DNA from: a bacterium
GTDB taxonomy: Bacteria > UBA8248
DNA length: 64,000 nucleotides
Direction: 5' to 3'
NCBI GenBank assembly: GCA_965207065.1
Contig: OZ242260.1
Span: forward strand, 3,584,001 to 3,648,000
Shown here one piece after another: positions 18,909 to 29,787 of the stretch (positions are counted from its first letter, which is position 1; every line of letters starts with the position of its first letter). Below the pieces are notes generated by a model. It did no database searches and was not told the origin of the DNA. It was given only the letters and a program-made list of their open reading frames with translations. Position numbers and translations under genes: made by a program.

Positions 18909-21291
18909 TTGCGGCCCCTTTCCTAGGAGCATCTTCTTGTCCTGGATAGTGAATCCGGTGATGATGAATGCCAACCAAAACGCGCATGAAAGCGTCTTGA
19001 ATTTTGCTTAAATCCCTGAGCGTGAGACTGCAATTATCCAATTGTCCCTCGACAAAGGCACTTTGGACGATTCTATCCACCAATGCGCTGAGGCGCCCGA
19101 GAGAATGATCCGATAGCGAATGTGATGATGCCTCCACCATATCAGCCAACATCAGGATGCCCGCTTCCCTTGTCTGCGGTCTGGGTCCCGGATAGCGAAA
19201 AAACTCTTCTGTCACGCCATCCCCGTTTAGCTTCTTCGCTTTTTCATAAAAATACTGAATTAAGGATGTGCCATGATGTTGCTGAATTAAATCGATAATC
19301 TCTTTGGGTAGTTGGTGGCTTCTGGCAAGTTCCACGCCCTCTTTCACATGGCTGATCAGGATGAGCGCGCTCATGTTGGGCTTGAGTCTATCGTGGCGGT
19401 TTTCCCGCCCCTGGTTTTCTATGAAATACTCCGGCTTCATCATCTTTCCGATATCATGAAAATATGCACCCACACGGGTGAGAAGCGGATTCGCGCCTAT
19501 CGCCTCGGAAGCCTCCTCCGCCAAATTGCCCACGAGAAGGCTGTGGTGATAAGTACCTGGCGCACTAACGACCATCTTTCTCAACAACGGGTGATTTTGG
19601 TCGGCCAATTCCAGGAGGCGCATATCGGTCGTAAGTTTGAAAATCGACTCCAGCAGGGGCATGGCCCCTGCCACGATAATGACGTTTGAAAGGCCGCCGA
19701 GCATGGCGATGGGAACATCCGTCCATTGCATAATCGCGGCACTGAAACCTTCCTGCACATTAAAACCCAGGGCCAGCGCAGCACCTAGCAAACCCAGGAT
19801 GAACGCCACCACAAGCACGGAAGTCCTGCGACGATATTCTTTCCATCGAATGGCCGCCAGCACACCGCCGCCCAAGGCTACGAGGCTGAAGTTGATGTGG
19901 TTCGGCAAAATTAGACCGGTCAGAACGGCGGAGAATACTGCCATCAGAACTGCTGATGAGCGTCCCTGTAAAACGGCAGCAAGAAGAGAAGCGGAGCAAA
20001 ATGGAATAATATAGTAAAATGAATGGAGTGGAATCCCACGGAAAGTTTCATGCAGCACTTCAGAGAAGAGAATACCCATTTTCACCAAAACAGCCTGGCT
20101 CAAAAGCAGTATTACAAATAGTGTTACGTTTTTTTGTGATGCCAAAAAACTCATGTCGTATTTCTGCACACAAATCCATGCCAGGACCAGCAAAATAAAA
20201 ATCACCAAAGCTGTTCCGGTGAAGTTACCAAGCACATGGCTTTGTCGATAGATTTTCTCCAGGCTCTTAAGTTTTATTATTTGTCCTTCGCTTAACCGTT
20301 CTCCCTCGCGGGCAATCATTTCCCCTTGCTTGAGCACCTCTGAAACAGGGGGAACGGAGGCCGCAGCCTTCTCTCTGCTCTCAAGTGTCGCCCTGTTGTT
20401 GAAAGTCAGCGTCGGTTGAACCATCTTCAAGATTTGGGAGACCAGCAGACCCCGAACACGCTGAGGAATTCTGTTGGATTCCTTTCGAGCTTCTTGCTTG
20501 AGCAGTTTATCGACCTGTCGAAGCTCCAGAGGATTCATAGATGGGCTAACAGATACGCGATTCCCCGTTCTGATATCGCGTGCTGTAATGCCCTTCGCGG
20601 CATGGGTGGCGTATAATCTTTTATCGCTCACAATTTGGCTCGAATATGCCACCTTCAACAGCTTGGCGATATCCTCCTGGATCCAGTTTGCGAATCTCTC
20701 ATCTCTCAACCAACCCGATAATTTCTTTGGAACTGCGCCACCCACCAGCTTATGAAATGCGCTCTCCGCCTTAAGGAAGACAGGCGTAGCGTACAATTCC
20801 TGATAAGCTTCCGACTCGGATAAAAGTGACGGGTTCTTCTGTTTGGCGCGTATGCTCAAATGCTCGGCTTTCACCTTCTCGATCTCTTTGTCTACCGTCC
20901 GTTGTATGGATTCAAAAGCGCCTTTCAGTTTGGTGAGGATAACTTGCGAAAGTTTGGTATCGATATCGTAACGCGGCAAGACTTTGTCTCTGGATGCTTG
21001 GCGTTTCGCATTCGTGGCGATCGGATCGACAACGCGCATATCTTGTGGGGCTTTAATATCCCTGGGAACGACATCTCCTGCCTCGAAAGACACACGAGGC
21101 GCCGATAAATCGGTTGTGAGCAGAAACGAGAGTACAACGGCAAGTGTTCCGCCCAGAATCCACGGATAAGCCCTTGTGTTGGCAAACGCCAGGGCATAAC
21201 CCGCGAGCGGTCGTCCCACCGACACCAATAGACGTAAAAAAATGTTTTTGGGCTTCCCGGCAGATTTTCCGACGCCGGCTCGATGGATCAC
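18805..21291 (-). CDS. 7TM-HD family membrane phosphohydrolase (PgpH/YqfF-like)
   Basis: Large extracytoplasmic domain, 7 TM segments, APGTYHHS, YFHDIGK, FIENQ, HHGT, LADMVEA; lies between phoH and ybeY. Confidence 0.9.
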   Translation of the reverse strand: MIHRAGVGKSAGKPKNIFLRLLVSVGRPLAGYALAFANTRAYPWILGGTLAVVLSFLLTTDLSAPRVSFEAGDVVPRDIKAPQDMRVVDPIATNAKRQASRDKVLPRYDIDTKLSQVILTKLKGAFESIQRTVDKEIEKVKAEHLSIRAKQKNPSLLSESEAYQELYATPVFLKAESAFHKLVGGAVPKKLSGWLRDERFANWIQEDIAKLLKVAYSSQIVSDKRLYATHAAKGITARDIRTGNRVSVSPSMNPLELRQVDKLLKQEARKESNRIPQRVRGLLVSQILKMVQPTLTFNNRATLESREKAAASVPPVSEVLKQGEMIAREGERLSEGQIIKLKSLEKIYRQSHVLGNFTGTALVIFILLVLAWICVQKYDMSFLASQKNVTLFVILLLSQAVLVKMGILFSEVLHETFRGIPLHSFYYIIPFCSASLLAAVLQGRSSAVLMAVFSAVLTGLILPNHINFSLVALGGGVLAAIRWKEYRRRTSVLVVAFILGLLGAALALGFNVQEGFSAAIMQWTDVPIAMLGGLSNVIIVAGAMPLLESIFKLTTDMRLLELADQNHPLLRKMVVSAPGTYHHSLLVGNLAEEASEAIGANPLLTRVGAYFHDIGKMMKPEYFIENQGRENRHDRLKPNMSALILISHVKEGVELARSHQLPKEIIDLIQQHHGTSLIQYFYEKAKKLNGDGVTEEFFRYPGPRPQTREAGILMLADMVEASSHSLSDHSLGRLSALVDRIVQSAFVEGQLDNCSLTLRDLSKIQDAFMRVLVGIHHHRIHYPGQEDAPRKGAANGSPHQKRAKAVRAGSHNAEETFGRHTESPSVRK

Positions 21292-21389
21292 GCGATCAAC
21301 CTCCAGAATCCTTCAAATATGAAGGGATTGTGGACGTATCGGCTATATGTGAACGCCCTCGGCTATGCAAGTACTCTTACAGAGTTCGC

Positions 21390-22394
21390 TTATAAACTGT
21401 GGGCCTCGTATGCAGAAACGATTTTTCTCACCAAGTGTGTGCGAACCACATCTCGTTCACTGAAATAGACGAAACAAACTTCCTGTAAATCTCCCAAGAC
21501 GTCTTTTGCATGAATCAGCCCGCACCCGGAGGTTTCGGGCAAATCAATTTGGGTAATGTCCCCTGTCACGATCGCTTTGCTCCGGGTACCGAGGCGGGTG
21601 AGGAACATTTTCATCTGCTCGGGCGTCGTGTTCTGCGCTTCATCCAATATAATAAAAGAATCATTCAGCGAACGACCCCTCATATATGCGAGCGGCGCTA
21701 TCTCTATCTCACCTCTTTGAATAAACCGCTCCACCCGCTCGAATTCCACCATATCGTTCAGAGCGTCAAACAACGGCCTGAGGTACGGATTCACCTTCTC
21801 TTGTAAATCACCAGGCAAAAATCCGAGCTTCTCCCCCGCTTCCACCACGGGCCTTGTCAACACGATACGAGCGTATGCCTTCTCTAACAATCCAGAAACT
21901 GCCATCGCCATGGCCAGATAAGTTTTCCCCGTTCCGGCTGGTCCTATTCCAAATGTAATCCCTTTTTCGCGAATCGACCTTATGTAATCGCTTTGGACCG
22001 GGCCTTTGGGAATAACGTATCGTTTCTTCGATGAAACCGATATCCGATTTGCCACCAAGGAGCGGAGCGTAACGTCTTGTTCCGCTGCAACGGTCTGAGC
22101 CAGTGTCTTGACATTCAACGGGTCGAAGCGAAATCCCTCGTCCACGCATTCCGTCAACTCATCCAGGAACAGACGGGCCCTCTCGGCGGCATCAGGAAAG
22201 CCTTCAATGACGAACCCCTCTGATGCAATTCTGATCTTTACGTCAAACGCCCTCTCTACGGCTTTGAGGGATTCATCCCGATTTCCAATAATATGAACCA
22301 GCCTTTCCGGCCCAGCCAGCGGGCTTGCAGACATCCTAGTCGCCAACAGATTCAGGCTCCCCGTATCTACATGATTCGGCTTTAGAAAATCCAA
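21390..22394 (-). CDS. phoH: PhoH family protein
   Basis: GPAGTGKTYLA, LTRPVVEAGEKLGFLPGD, APLAYMRGR, LDEAQN, GDITQIDLP; start uncertain. Confidence 0.93.
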   Translation of the reverse strand: MDFLKPNHVDTGSLNLLATRMSASPLAGPERLVHIIGNRDESLKAVERAFDVKIRIASEGFVIEGFPDAAERARLFLDELTECVDEGFRFDPLNVKTLAQTVAAEQDVTLRSLVANRISVSSKKRYVIPKGPVQSDYIRSIREKGITFGIGPAGTGKTYLAMAMAVSGLLEKAYARIVLTRPVVEAGEKLGFLPGDLQEKVNPYLRPLFDALNDMVEFERVERFIQRGEIEIAPLAYMRGRSLNDSFIILDEAQNTTPEQMKMFLTRLGTRSKAIVTGDITQIDLPETSGCGLIHAKDVLGDLQEVCFVYFSERDVVRTHLVRKIVSAYEAHSL

Positions 22395-22411
22395 GGTCCA
22401 TGCGCCATTTG

Positions 22412-22440
22412 ATCGTACGCCCCATAATTTCAGGCGTCAA
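22412..22440 (-). promoter_or_regulatory. Putative sigma70 promoter for phoH-HD-ybeY
   Basis: Minus strand TTGACG-N17-TACGAT. Confidence 0.55.
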
Positions 22441-22474
22441 CAAAAGAACAGTTTTTTATTTTGCTTTTCATTTC

Positions 22475-23428
22475 CTATCCCCTCGGATGACTCTTGTCTA
22501 AAAGTCCCCGCAGTTTTTGCCTGTCCACATGCGTGTAAACCTCGGTGGTGGAAATATCCGAATGCCCAAGCATTGCCTGGATGGCCCGCAGGTCTGCCCC
22601 GTGATTAAGCAAATGAGTCGCAAAGCTGTGCCGGAATACATGGGGGCTCACGCCCTTGCCCACACCCGCTTCTTTCGCCCATTTCTTGACCCTCGCCCAG
22701 AATGCTTGACGGGTCATGGGTCCTCCCCGGCTCGTGAGAAATACATAATCCGACTTCCGGGCGCGCAGAAGGCTCAGCCGAGCGGTATCCAGATAATCCG
22801 CAATCATTTCTTTCGCTGTATCTCCTATGGGAACAAGCCGGGATTTATCTCCTTTTCCATGGACGATGCAAAATCCCGATTCAAGTTCAATTTGAATAAG
22901 CTTGAGTTGAATGATCTCGCTGACGCGCATGCCGGTGGCGTACAAAAGCTCGAACATGGCCCTGTCCCGAACCGCCTGCGGCGTTTTATCATCGGGCGCC
23001 AGCAATATCCTGGACATATCTTCTTGTGAAAGCGTCTTGGGCAAACGCTTCCATTTTGCTGGTTGAGTAATGTCCGCCGTAAAATCTTCCCTTATGTGCC
23101 CGTCGCGAACCAACAATCCGGCGAGCGCGCGAATGGACGCCAGGCGCCGCCGAAGCGTGGTATCTGATTTTCCCTTCTCCCGCATTTCCTTGAGATAATC
23201 GATAATGGTGTTTTTTGACCAATTCGCCGGCGAAGCATCCTCGTTTTCCTGCAGCCAACAGAAAAACGAATCGATGTCGCGCCCATAACTCTCCACTGTA
23301 TTCTGAGCACGACGACGCTCGATCAGGAGAAAATCCCTGAAAGTCCTTGAAATATCGACAAGGTGCGCATCAAGTGATACCCCGTTTGTTTTATTTTGAT
23401 CATCAACCGAAAACATTTCCTTCGTCAT
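22475..23428 (-). CDS. xerD: Site-specific tyrosine recombinase XerD
   Basis: RDRAMFELLYATGMRVSE, GKGDKSRLVP, MTRQAFW, SPHVFRHSFATHLL, LGHSDISTTEVY. Confidence 0.93.
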   Translation of the reverse strand: MTKEMFSVDDQNKTNGVSLDAHLVDISRTFRDFLLIERRRAQNTVESYGRDIDSFFCWLQENEDASPANWSKNTIIDYLKEMREKGKSDTTLRRRLASIRALAGLLVRDGHIREDFTADITQPAKWKRLPKTLSQEDMSRILLAPDDKTPQAVRDRAMFELLYATGMRVSEIIQLKLIQIELESGFCIVHGKGDKSRLVPIGDTAKEMIADYLDTARLSLLRARKSDYVFLTSRGGPMTRQAFWARVKKWAKEAGVGKGVSPHVFRHSFATHLLNHGADLRAIQAMLGHSDISTTEVYTHVDRQKLRGLLDKSHPRG

Positions 23429-23445
23429 CACCGGATCCTCATTGC

Positions 23446-25110
23446 TCAGGATTTTCTCCATGCGAGGCGTGTGAAACGGCACCAGGATTCATACGAGGAA
23501 GCATCAATTTTTTTCGCCATGAATGTATAAAAGCAGGCAGCCAAGGACACCTCAAGCATGAGTAGCAGCGATTTGAGGAGCGACGAACCCTGCGCATCCC
23601 ATATTTGCAAATGAAGAAAATACGTAAGCAACCCCGTCAACACTCCAAGCGCCAGAAGCCTGCTCAGAGAACGAGCCAATTCTTGTTTCGGAAAATTGCT
23701 CCACTCACGCAAAATGCCTCTCAGCAGCAACACCGCATTCAAAGCACTTGCACAAGACGTTGCGAGTGCGAGCCCGATAAACCCAAGAGGGAACATCAAA
23801 GCGACACTGAGCACTACGTTCGTGAGCACAGCGATATTGGCGCACCTCACCGGAAAGCTCGTATTCAATCGAGCATGAAACACCCCGGCCAAAAGCCTCG
23901 TAACTCCAAAAAACATCAGCCCCACAGCATAGGCCTGCAATGCGGCCGCGCTTGCCGCAGTATGGTTTTCCGTAAAAGCGCCACGCTCGAAGATGACCTC
24001 CATAATCGGATGGGCTAAAACCATCAAGCCAAATGTAGAGGGGATGGTGAGGAACAACGTCAGACGTCCCGCTTCAAGCATAGCGTTGCGCTCGGAATCT
24101 ACAGATTCGGAATTTACTCTATTTTTCGCCGCATGATCAGACAAAACCGGCAAGACCGCGGACACTACAGCGAGGCTCAATATGCCATGAGGAAGCTGTA
24201 CCAATCGGTTCGCATAATAGAGATACGAAATGGAGCCTTCGGCCAGGAACGAAGCCAACCATCGATCGACAAGAACATTAATCTGAAAAATAGCGCCCCC
24301 GATGGCAGCCGGTCCCATGAGCGCCAAACATCTGCCGACACCCTCCACTCGCCAGGGGATGGAAGGAACCGGTAATATCTGTAATTTCGCCATGAAGGGG
24401 AGTTGGAAAAAGAACTGGACCGCTCCACCGATTACAACTGCCCAGGCGAGCCACCGAATGGCTTCTGCGCTGCTTACCCAATAACCCGCCAATAAAAGGG
24501 CGACGATGATAACCACGTTCTGGAGAGCGGGCGCGAGAGCGGGCACGAAAAAACGGCGCGCCGCGTTCAACATACCTGCTGCGACCGCCCACAGACCAAT
24601 AAAAATAATGAATGGAAACATGATTCTGGTTAGTTGCGCGGCGAGATTCAATTTCTCCGGGTTGCTCGAAAAACCTGGCGCCAGTGCTCTCATCAAAGGG
24701 TCAGCGAACCAAATCCCAATCGCGCAACCCGCACTTCCCGCGAAGACGAGAAACACCAACATCCCGCCCGCGAATTTATTTGCCTCTTTGGTCCCGGATT
24801 GTTCACGCACGTCGGAGTAGACGGGAAGAAACGAGGAACTCAGAGCCCCTTCCATAAACATGCGCCTGAAAAGATTGGGAATCGCAAATGCGACGAAGAA
24901 GGCATCGGCCATCATTGCGGCGCCAAAGAATTTGGCGATGAGCAAATCCCGGAAAAAACCCGCTACACGGCTGATGAGAGTCGCCAAGCTGACGGGACCC
25001 GCAAACCTGGAAATGCTCTCCTCCGACGGGGAATCGCCATTCTCTACCGGCGCATCGGCAAAAGTATTTTCTTCACGTCCTTGATTAGAGGATTCAGGTG
25101 GCGTGGTCAC
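23446..25110 (-). CDS. murJ: Lipid II flippase MurJ (MviN)
   Basis: SRVAGFFRD, AFAIPNLFRRMFMEGA, LYYANRLVQLP, FERGAF; multi-TM. Confidence 0.95.
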   Translation of the reverse strand: MTTPPESSNQGREENTFADAPVENGDSPSEESISRFAGPVSLATLISRVAGFFRDLLIAKFFGAAMMADAFFVAFAIPNLFRRMFMEGALSSSFLPVYSDVREQSGTKEANKFAGGMLVFLVFAGSAGCAIGIWFADPLMRALAPGFSSNPEKLNLAAQLTRIMFPFIIFIGLWAVAAGMLNAARRFFVPALAPALQNVVIIVALLLAGYWVSSAEAIRWLAWAVVIGGAVQFFFQLPFMAKLQILPVPSIPWRVEGVGRCLALMGPAAIGGAIFQINVLVDRWLASFLAEGSISYLYYANRLVQLPHGILSLAVVSAVLPVLSDHAAKNRVNSESVDSERNAMLEAGRLTLFLTIPSTFGLMVLAHPIMEVIFERGAFTENHTAASAAALQAYAVGLMFFGVTRLLAGVFHARLNTSFPVRCANIAVLTNVVLSVALMFPLGFIGLALATSCASALNAVLLLRGILREWSNFPKQELARSLSRLLALGVLTGLLTYFLHLQIWDAQGSSLLKSLLLMLEVSLAACFYTFMAKKIDASSYESWCRFTRLAWRKS

Positions 25111-25137
25111 AAATTTCCTGACACCAGGGCGGTGAGC

Positions 25138-25165
25138 TTGACAACCCTTTGTTCCGTGGTATTTT
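25138..25165 (+). promoter_or_regulatory. Putative sigma70 promoter for rpsT
   Basis: TTGACA-N16-TATTTT with an extended -10 TG. Confidence 0.55.
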
Positions 25166-25228
25166 ACCGAGGCTGTGAAACAGCCTCAAGAGAAACATTT
25201 CGACTATTTTCACGGAGAATGAAACAAA

Positions 25229-25486
25229 TTGCCACATATTCGTTCGGCTAAGAAGCGCAATCGACAGAATATCGTTCGCCGCACCAGAAACCGCGCAATT
25301 CGGACGCAGTTTCGCAATACCATTAGGCAGGTCTTGGTGGATAGCGAAGAAAACCCCGAAGAACTGTTGAAAAAAGCCCAGTCGCAACTGGACCGCGCAG
25401 CCACCAAAGGAATTATCCACAAGAAAACAGCGTCGAGACGCGCGGGAAGATTGGCCAAACGAGTTCATGCGGCATCTTCGAAATAG
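25229..25486 (+). CDS. rpsT: 30S ribosomal protein S20
   Basis: MPHIRSAKKRNRQ...LDRAATKGIIHKKTASRR. Confidence 0.96.
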   Translation: MPHIRSAKKRNRQNIVRRTRNRAIRTQFRNTIRQVLVDSEENPEELLKKAQSQLDRAATKGIIHKKTASRRAGRLAKRVHAASSK

Positions 25487-26530
25487 CTAAACAACTTGGT
25501 GCGTCCCGCTTCGAGAGGAACGCACATCCACCAAAAACAGTTCCAATATCTGACGAGCGACCTTCGTGTCGCTTGTTCTCTTGAGCTTGCGATCCACTTG
25601 AAGCAGTTTCGCATACAGTTCGCGCAAATAGGCGGAACCCAGCCCCCTGACCTGTTTCTCAAGCCTTCTCCCCACAAAAGGTGGCAGACCCAACACTTGA
25701 GATATGCCCTGGGCGCCCCGGCCACTTCTTATCAAGGCCTTTGATATCGTCCAGCGCCGAATCAGATTGCGTAACAACCCGATGAACATGACGGGGTGTT
25801 CGGTTTCCATCATCCGGCGCAAGAGAACGAGGGTTCCATCCAAGCCCCCCTGGCTGATTGAATCACCCAGCTTGTAGAGCAATTCCTCTTTGGAGTGGCC
25901 GACTATTTCACGGATCTCCTCAGCGCCGGCAAGTGTTCCCGGCATTACATAAGAGGCGATCTTCTCGAGCTCGGTGCTAAGTCTCATCATGGAAGGCTTG
26001 ACCATTTCGACCAACATATCGGCGGCCTCTGGTCGCAACTCGAATCCCAACTCCACGGCGCGTCCATGAAGCCATCTCTTTAATTCTTCCCCTTCCAGGA
26101 TATCCACCCGACAATGCACGCTCGCCTTGACCAGGCGTTGGAAGAAAGTAGTGCGCATGTCGGCGCTCTCAATACAAAAAACCAAAACTGTGGATTCGGA
26201 CGGGTGATCGAGATAAGAGAGAAAGACGGATTCATCCCTCTCGGCCGGTCTGGTGAAATTGAGGATTTCGACGAGGCGCTTTTCCGCTATAAATGGCAGC
26301 GTCTGGGCAATAGTGATGATAGTGGGCGCATCGGCCTCGGCCCAGTCGAAACGATCATGGTTGAAATCTTCCGGACCATCCCCAAATACCTTGCGACGAA
26401 TAACGCGCAGGTACTCATCCCGCAAAAAGGAGTCTTTGCCTTCCAAAAGATATACAGGTTGCGTCGGTGCGTTTTGCACATCGGAGATCGCAGCGAGAGA
26501 ACTCTTCGGTTTCTTGCGACTCTTGGCCAA
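25487..26530 (-). CDS. holA: DNA polymerase III subunit delta
   Basis: PVYLLEGKD.FL, FNHDRFD, TLPFIAEKRLV, ELEKIASY; lptE-holA-rpsT synteny. Confidence 0.9.
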   Translation of the reverse strand: MAKSRKKPKSSLAAISDVQNAPTQPVYLLEGKDSFLRDEYLRVIRRKVFGDGPEDFNHDRFDWAEADAPTIITIAQTLPFIAEKRLVEILNFTRPAERDESVFLSYLDHPSESTVLVFCIESADMRTTFFQRLVKASVHCRVDILEGEELKRWLHGRAVELGFELRPEAADMLVEMVKPSMMRLSTELEKIASYVMPGTLAGAEEIREIVGHSKEELLYKLGDSISQGGLDGTLVLLRRMMETEHPVMFIGLLRNLIRRWTISKALIRSGRGAQGISQVLGLPPFVGRRLEKQVRGLGSAYLRELYAKLLQVDRKLKRTSDTKVARQILELFLVDVRSSRSGTHQVV

Positions 26531-26531
26531 G

Positions 26532-27068
26532 CTAAAAGCCCTCTAATACGAGGCTCACGACGTCTTTCGACAAAGAATCGGCCACTTGTTGATTGGCGTT
26601 CGAGCGGTTCGTGTCGCTTTGCGCTATAGATGATGAAACCGCGAATTCGGCATAGGACTCCAAGTCCTGATTGATAAGCAATTTCTTTCGCCCCTTGTCG
26701 CGCAGCCGTATTCGCGTACGCACAACGACACGGTATTCTTGAACCCTGTCGGCCCGAGTGAAGCCAATCGGAGAGAGGCGATAGTCGCGCAATACACCTT
26801 CGAGAGCGATGTCGGCATCGGGAGTGTCGGAAATCCGGAGGCGGCCGTCCCGCAAGAATCTACCTCTCATCGCTTTCGTAACGGCGCGTCCAAGGCCCGG
26901 CTCGTTCGTATGGTTCAGGAATGGTGATATCGAAATTGTCTGAACAGCTTTGAGGTTTTTGCGGCGTAAAGTTCCCTCAAGGTCGTAGCCACAACCCGCA
27001 ATCAGAAAAACGCACAGCAGGAGAGAGAAGCCGAACTTGTAATTCGTCCTCAATCGTATCCCTCTCAA
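26532..27068 (-). CDS. lptE: LPS assembly lipoprotein LptE family
   Basis: Lipobox LIAGCGY, PFLNHTNEPGL, QEYRV; upstream of holA. Confidence 0.8.
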   Translation of the reverse strand: MRGIRLRTNYKFGFSLLLCVFLIAGCGYDLEGTLRRKNLKAVQTISISPFLNHTNEPGLGRAVTKAMRGRFLRDGRLRISDTPDADIALEGVLRDYRLSPIGFTRADRVQEYRVVVRTRIRLRDKGRKKLLINQDLESYAEFAVSSSIAQSDTNRSNANQQVADSLSKDVVSLVLEGF

Positions 27069-27619
27069 ATCGAAACCTCCAGGGAAAGCTCACGATTCTT
27101 CACACTGCTAAAAGCAATTTGCTCACTCAGCATAACCAATGCGTCATATTTCTCATCATCCGGCTCACAAACAAGAATATCTACATCCCAAGGGTTTCCG
27201 ATGACGCCTCGAATGGCGCCGTTCATAATCTCCGTGGCCACTGGAGCAAAGTCATCAGGAAGCTGTGCGAAGCCGGAAACCTGCATTGACAAATTCTTCG
27301 CCGACGCTCTCATCATTCTTCCAAAAATATCCTTTGCATGCCGGTAGAGCCTTGTGAGGGTCAAGTCCTCCAAAGAACCGACCCCTGCGAACAATACATA
27401 CTCAGGCGCGAGTCGCCCCTTCGAGGCAAGCATGGCTTGCGACTCCCATGCACCGCTCAATTTGCCGCCCTCGACGAGATGGCTTACCTCGCTCTCAAGC
27501 AATTGGTCGATATGTCGCAGTCGCCCTTGAAACGGAAAATGCTCCACTGCGAACATGCAGACGGCGGCAAAACTTTTCACCTCATGCAGCCCTTGAGGAT
27601 ACAATCGAAGGCGGATCAT
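27065..27619 (-). CDS. Stand-alone leucyl aminopeptidase (M17) N-terminal-like domain protein
   Basis: PFQGRLRHIDQLL..VSHLV..GKLSG...LASKGRL...VLFAGVGS resembles Peptidase_M17_N; no catalytic domain follows. Confidence 0.55.
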   Translation of the reverse strand: MIRLRLYPQGLHEVKSFAAVCMFAVEHFPFQGRLRHIDQLLESEVSHLVEGGKLSGAWESQAMLASKGRLAPEYVLFAGVGSLEDLTLTRLYRHAKDIFGRMMRASAKNLSMQVSGFAQLPDDFAPVATEIMNGAIRGVIGNPWDVDILVCEPDDEKYDALVMLSEQIAFSSVKNRELSLEVSI

Positions 27620-27620
27620 C

Positions 27621-28037
27621 CTAGACCGCCATTTTCTCTTGATAGAGACGGTCCAGAATGCCGTTCACGAATCCGGGAGCATTCTCCGGTCCATATCGCT
27701 TGGCCAGACGTATTGCTTCATCTATCGTGACCGCGGGCGGGATATCCGTGGAAAAATACATTTCGCAAACGCCCAGACGCAGTATGCTTCTCGATACGGC
27801 GTCCATGCGCTCGAGCGACCAACTCGCACTCGCTTCTGTGAGCAAATCGTCAATCTGCCGGTTTTTTTCCAAAATGAGTGCTATCAACCTATCGGCGAAC
27901 ATTTTCGACTTTTCATCCGCCGGATGCAGCCGCCAATAACGCTCTACCTCCTCCGGAGTGAGACTTCCGATACGATCTGCATGATAGAGGATATGAAACG
28001 CAAGCTCTCGTCCAGCCTTTCTGTTTTCCACTATCAT
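27621..28037 (-). CDS. nusB: Transcription antitermination factor NusB
   Basis: [43 protein letters not shown]. Confidence 0.95.
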   Translation of the reverse strand: MIVENRKAGRELAFHILYHADRIGSLTPEEVERYWRLHPADEKSKMFADRLIALILEKNRQIDDLLTEASASWSLERMDAVSRSILRLGVCEMYFSTDIPPAVTIDEAIRLAKRYGPENAPGFVNGILDRLYQEKMAV

Positions 28038-28534
28038 TTTCCCTCTTCGAGAACATCGTTCTCATCCTCATCCATTTTTGAAAACAAGTTGGCCATCTCC
28101 ACAGCGGCCAGAGCCCCCTCATATCCCTTATTTCCCATCTTTGTTCCCGCACGCTCGATAGCCTGCTCAATCGTATCCGTCGTGACGACGGCGAAAATGG
28201 TCGGCACCCCCGTCTGAGCACCCACTTGGGCGATGCCCTTCGTCGCCTCGGCACACACCAAATCATAGTGAGATGTCGCGCCCCGTATCACGCAACCCAA
28301 GCATACAATGGCATCGTATTTTTGCGATTTCGCCATCTTCATCGCGGCCGCTGGAAGCTCGAAAGAACCAGGCACCTGCACGTGCATAATATCGGATGTG
28401 GATACGCCGGATTGCCGCAAAGCCGTCTCGGCTCCCCGCACGAGGTGCGTCACGATAAAATCGTTAAAACGCGACGAGACGAGAGCGATCCGCAGGCTCC
28501 GCCCGTCCAAATTACCTTCCACCGGATTATCCAT
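28034..28534 (-). CDS. ribH: 6,7-dimethyl-8-ribityllumazine synthase
   Basis: [38 protein letters not shown]. Confidence 0.97.
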   Translation of the reverse strand: MDNPVEGNLDGRSLRIALVSSRFNDFIVTHLVRGAETALRQSGVSTSDIMHVQVPGSFELPAAAMKMAKSQKYDAIVCLGCVIRGATSHYDLVCAEATKGIAQVGAQTGVPTIFAVVTTDTIEQAIERAGTKMGNKGYEGALAAVEMANLFSKMDEDENDVLEEGK

Positions 28535-28554
28535 TCCCTCTCCACATACGTTTA

Positions 28555-29787
28555 TTATGGACGCTGCAAGTAGGACTCCTTGCCATCCTTCCTCTTTTTT
28601 TGCAAAGACGGCAAGGGCGGCTCCATGTCCAACGCCACCCTGTCCTCAAGTTCGAGTCCATAGCCTTCGAGCGCCACAATCCGGCGCTCATCATTCGTCA
28701 TGATCCGAATCCGGCGCAAACCCAAATCCACCAGTATCTGGGCGCCTATGCCGTAGTCACGCAAGCCTTCGAACGGCGCGCTCTTGATTCCGATTTTCTG
28801 ACCCACCTCACGCATGTCGGCAGCCACCTTTTCTATTCTCGCGGACTCCTCTCCCATTAAATCGGGTTGCAGGAAAACCAACACCCCTTTGCCCGCTTCC
28901 TGAATTTTGGCCAGCGCGTTCTTGATTCTGACCGGACAATCAGAGCGTAAGAGCGCCAGCAAATCCCAAATGGCGTTCACCGGCTGCACTCGGATGTGAG
29001 TCGGCTCATCTGGATTTAACTCACCCATCACCAAAGCGGCGTGAATCCTTCCGCTGCTCTGGTTGTGGTACGCATATACTTTGAATGTGCCGAACGCCGT
29101 GGGTATTTCGGCCTCCTCCACACGCTCCACAAGGCGATCATGACGCATACGATAGGCGATGAGATCCTTTATGGTCACAAGGGACAAATTATTTTTTTCC
29201 GCTATTTTCCGCAGGTTCGGCAGACGCGCCATCGAACCGTCTTCATTCAAGACCTCGCAAAGAACACCCGCTGGCAGGAGGCCGGCCAGACGGGCCAAAT
29301 CCACCGTGCCCTCCGTGTGGCCCGCTCGCCTGAGTACGCCCCCGGGCTGCGCCCGCAGCGGAAAAACGTGGCCGGGCGTCACCAGGTCCGACGGCCTGGC
29401 GTCTTCCTGTATAGCGGTTTGTATCGTGTGGGCCCTATCGAAAGCGCTGATGCCTGTCGTAACGCCTTCGCGCGCTTCTATGGAAACCGTAAAAGCCGTG
29501 CCGAAAGCGGAGCCGTTATCGCCGCTGGGCACCATCATGGGAAGACCCAGAGATTCCACTTTCTCGGGCGTGAGCGCGAGACAAACCAAACCGCGCGCGT
29601 GTTTCGTCATGAAGTTGATTGCCTCGGGCGTCACCCTCTCGGCTGCAAGGATAAAATCGCCCTCATTCTCGCGATCCTCGTCATCCACGAGAATGACGAT
29701 GCGCCCCTCACGAATATCGCCAATCGCCTCTTCAATCGTGGAGAAAGGGCTCTCTCCGGAATCCTTTCCCTCCATCGGCTCAGGCAT
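28555..29787 (-). CDS. ribB: 3,4-dihydroxy-2-butanone-4-phosphate synthase with degenerate GTP cyclohydrolase II domain (RibBX-like)
   Basis: [29 protein letters not shown] intact; the C-terminal domain lacks the RVHSEC..CDC zinc motif. Confidence 0.92.
   Translation of the reverse strand: MPEPMEGKDSGESPFSTIEEAIGDIREGRIVILVDDEDRENEGDFILAAERVTPEAINFMTKHARGLVCLALTPEKVESLGLPMMVPSGDNGSAFGTAFTVSIEAREGVTTGISAFDRAHTIQTAIQEDARPSDLVTPGHVFPLRAQPGGVLRRAGHTEGTVDLARLAGLLPAGVLCEVLNEDGSMARLPNLRKIAEKNNLSLVTIKDLIAYRMRHDRLVERVEEAEIPTAFGTFKVYAYHNQSSGRIHAALVMGELNPDEPTHIRVQPVNAIWDLLALLRSDCPVRIKNALAKIQEAGKGVLVFLQPDLMGEESARIEKVAADMREVGQKIGIKSAPFEGLRDYGIGAQILVDLGLRRIRIMTNDERRIVALEGYGLELEDRVALDMEPPLPSLQKKRKDGKESYLQRP

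Noticed and set aside
22475-23428. Tyrosine recombinase as a prophage or island integrase
   Set aside because: Motifs match chromosomal XerD, the flanks are core genes, and no att repeats were seen
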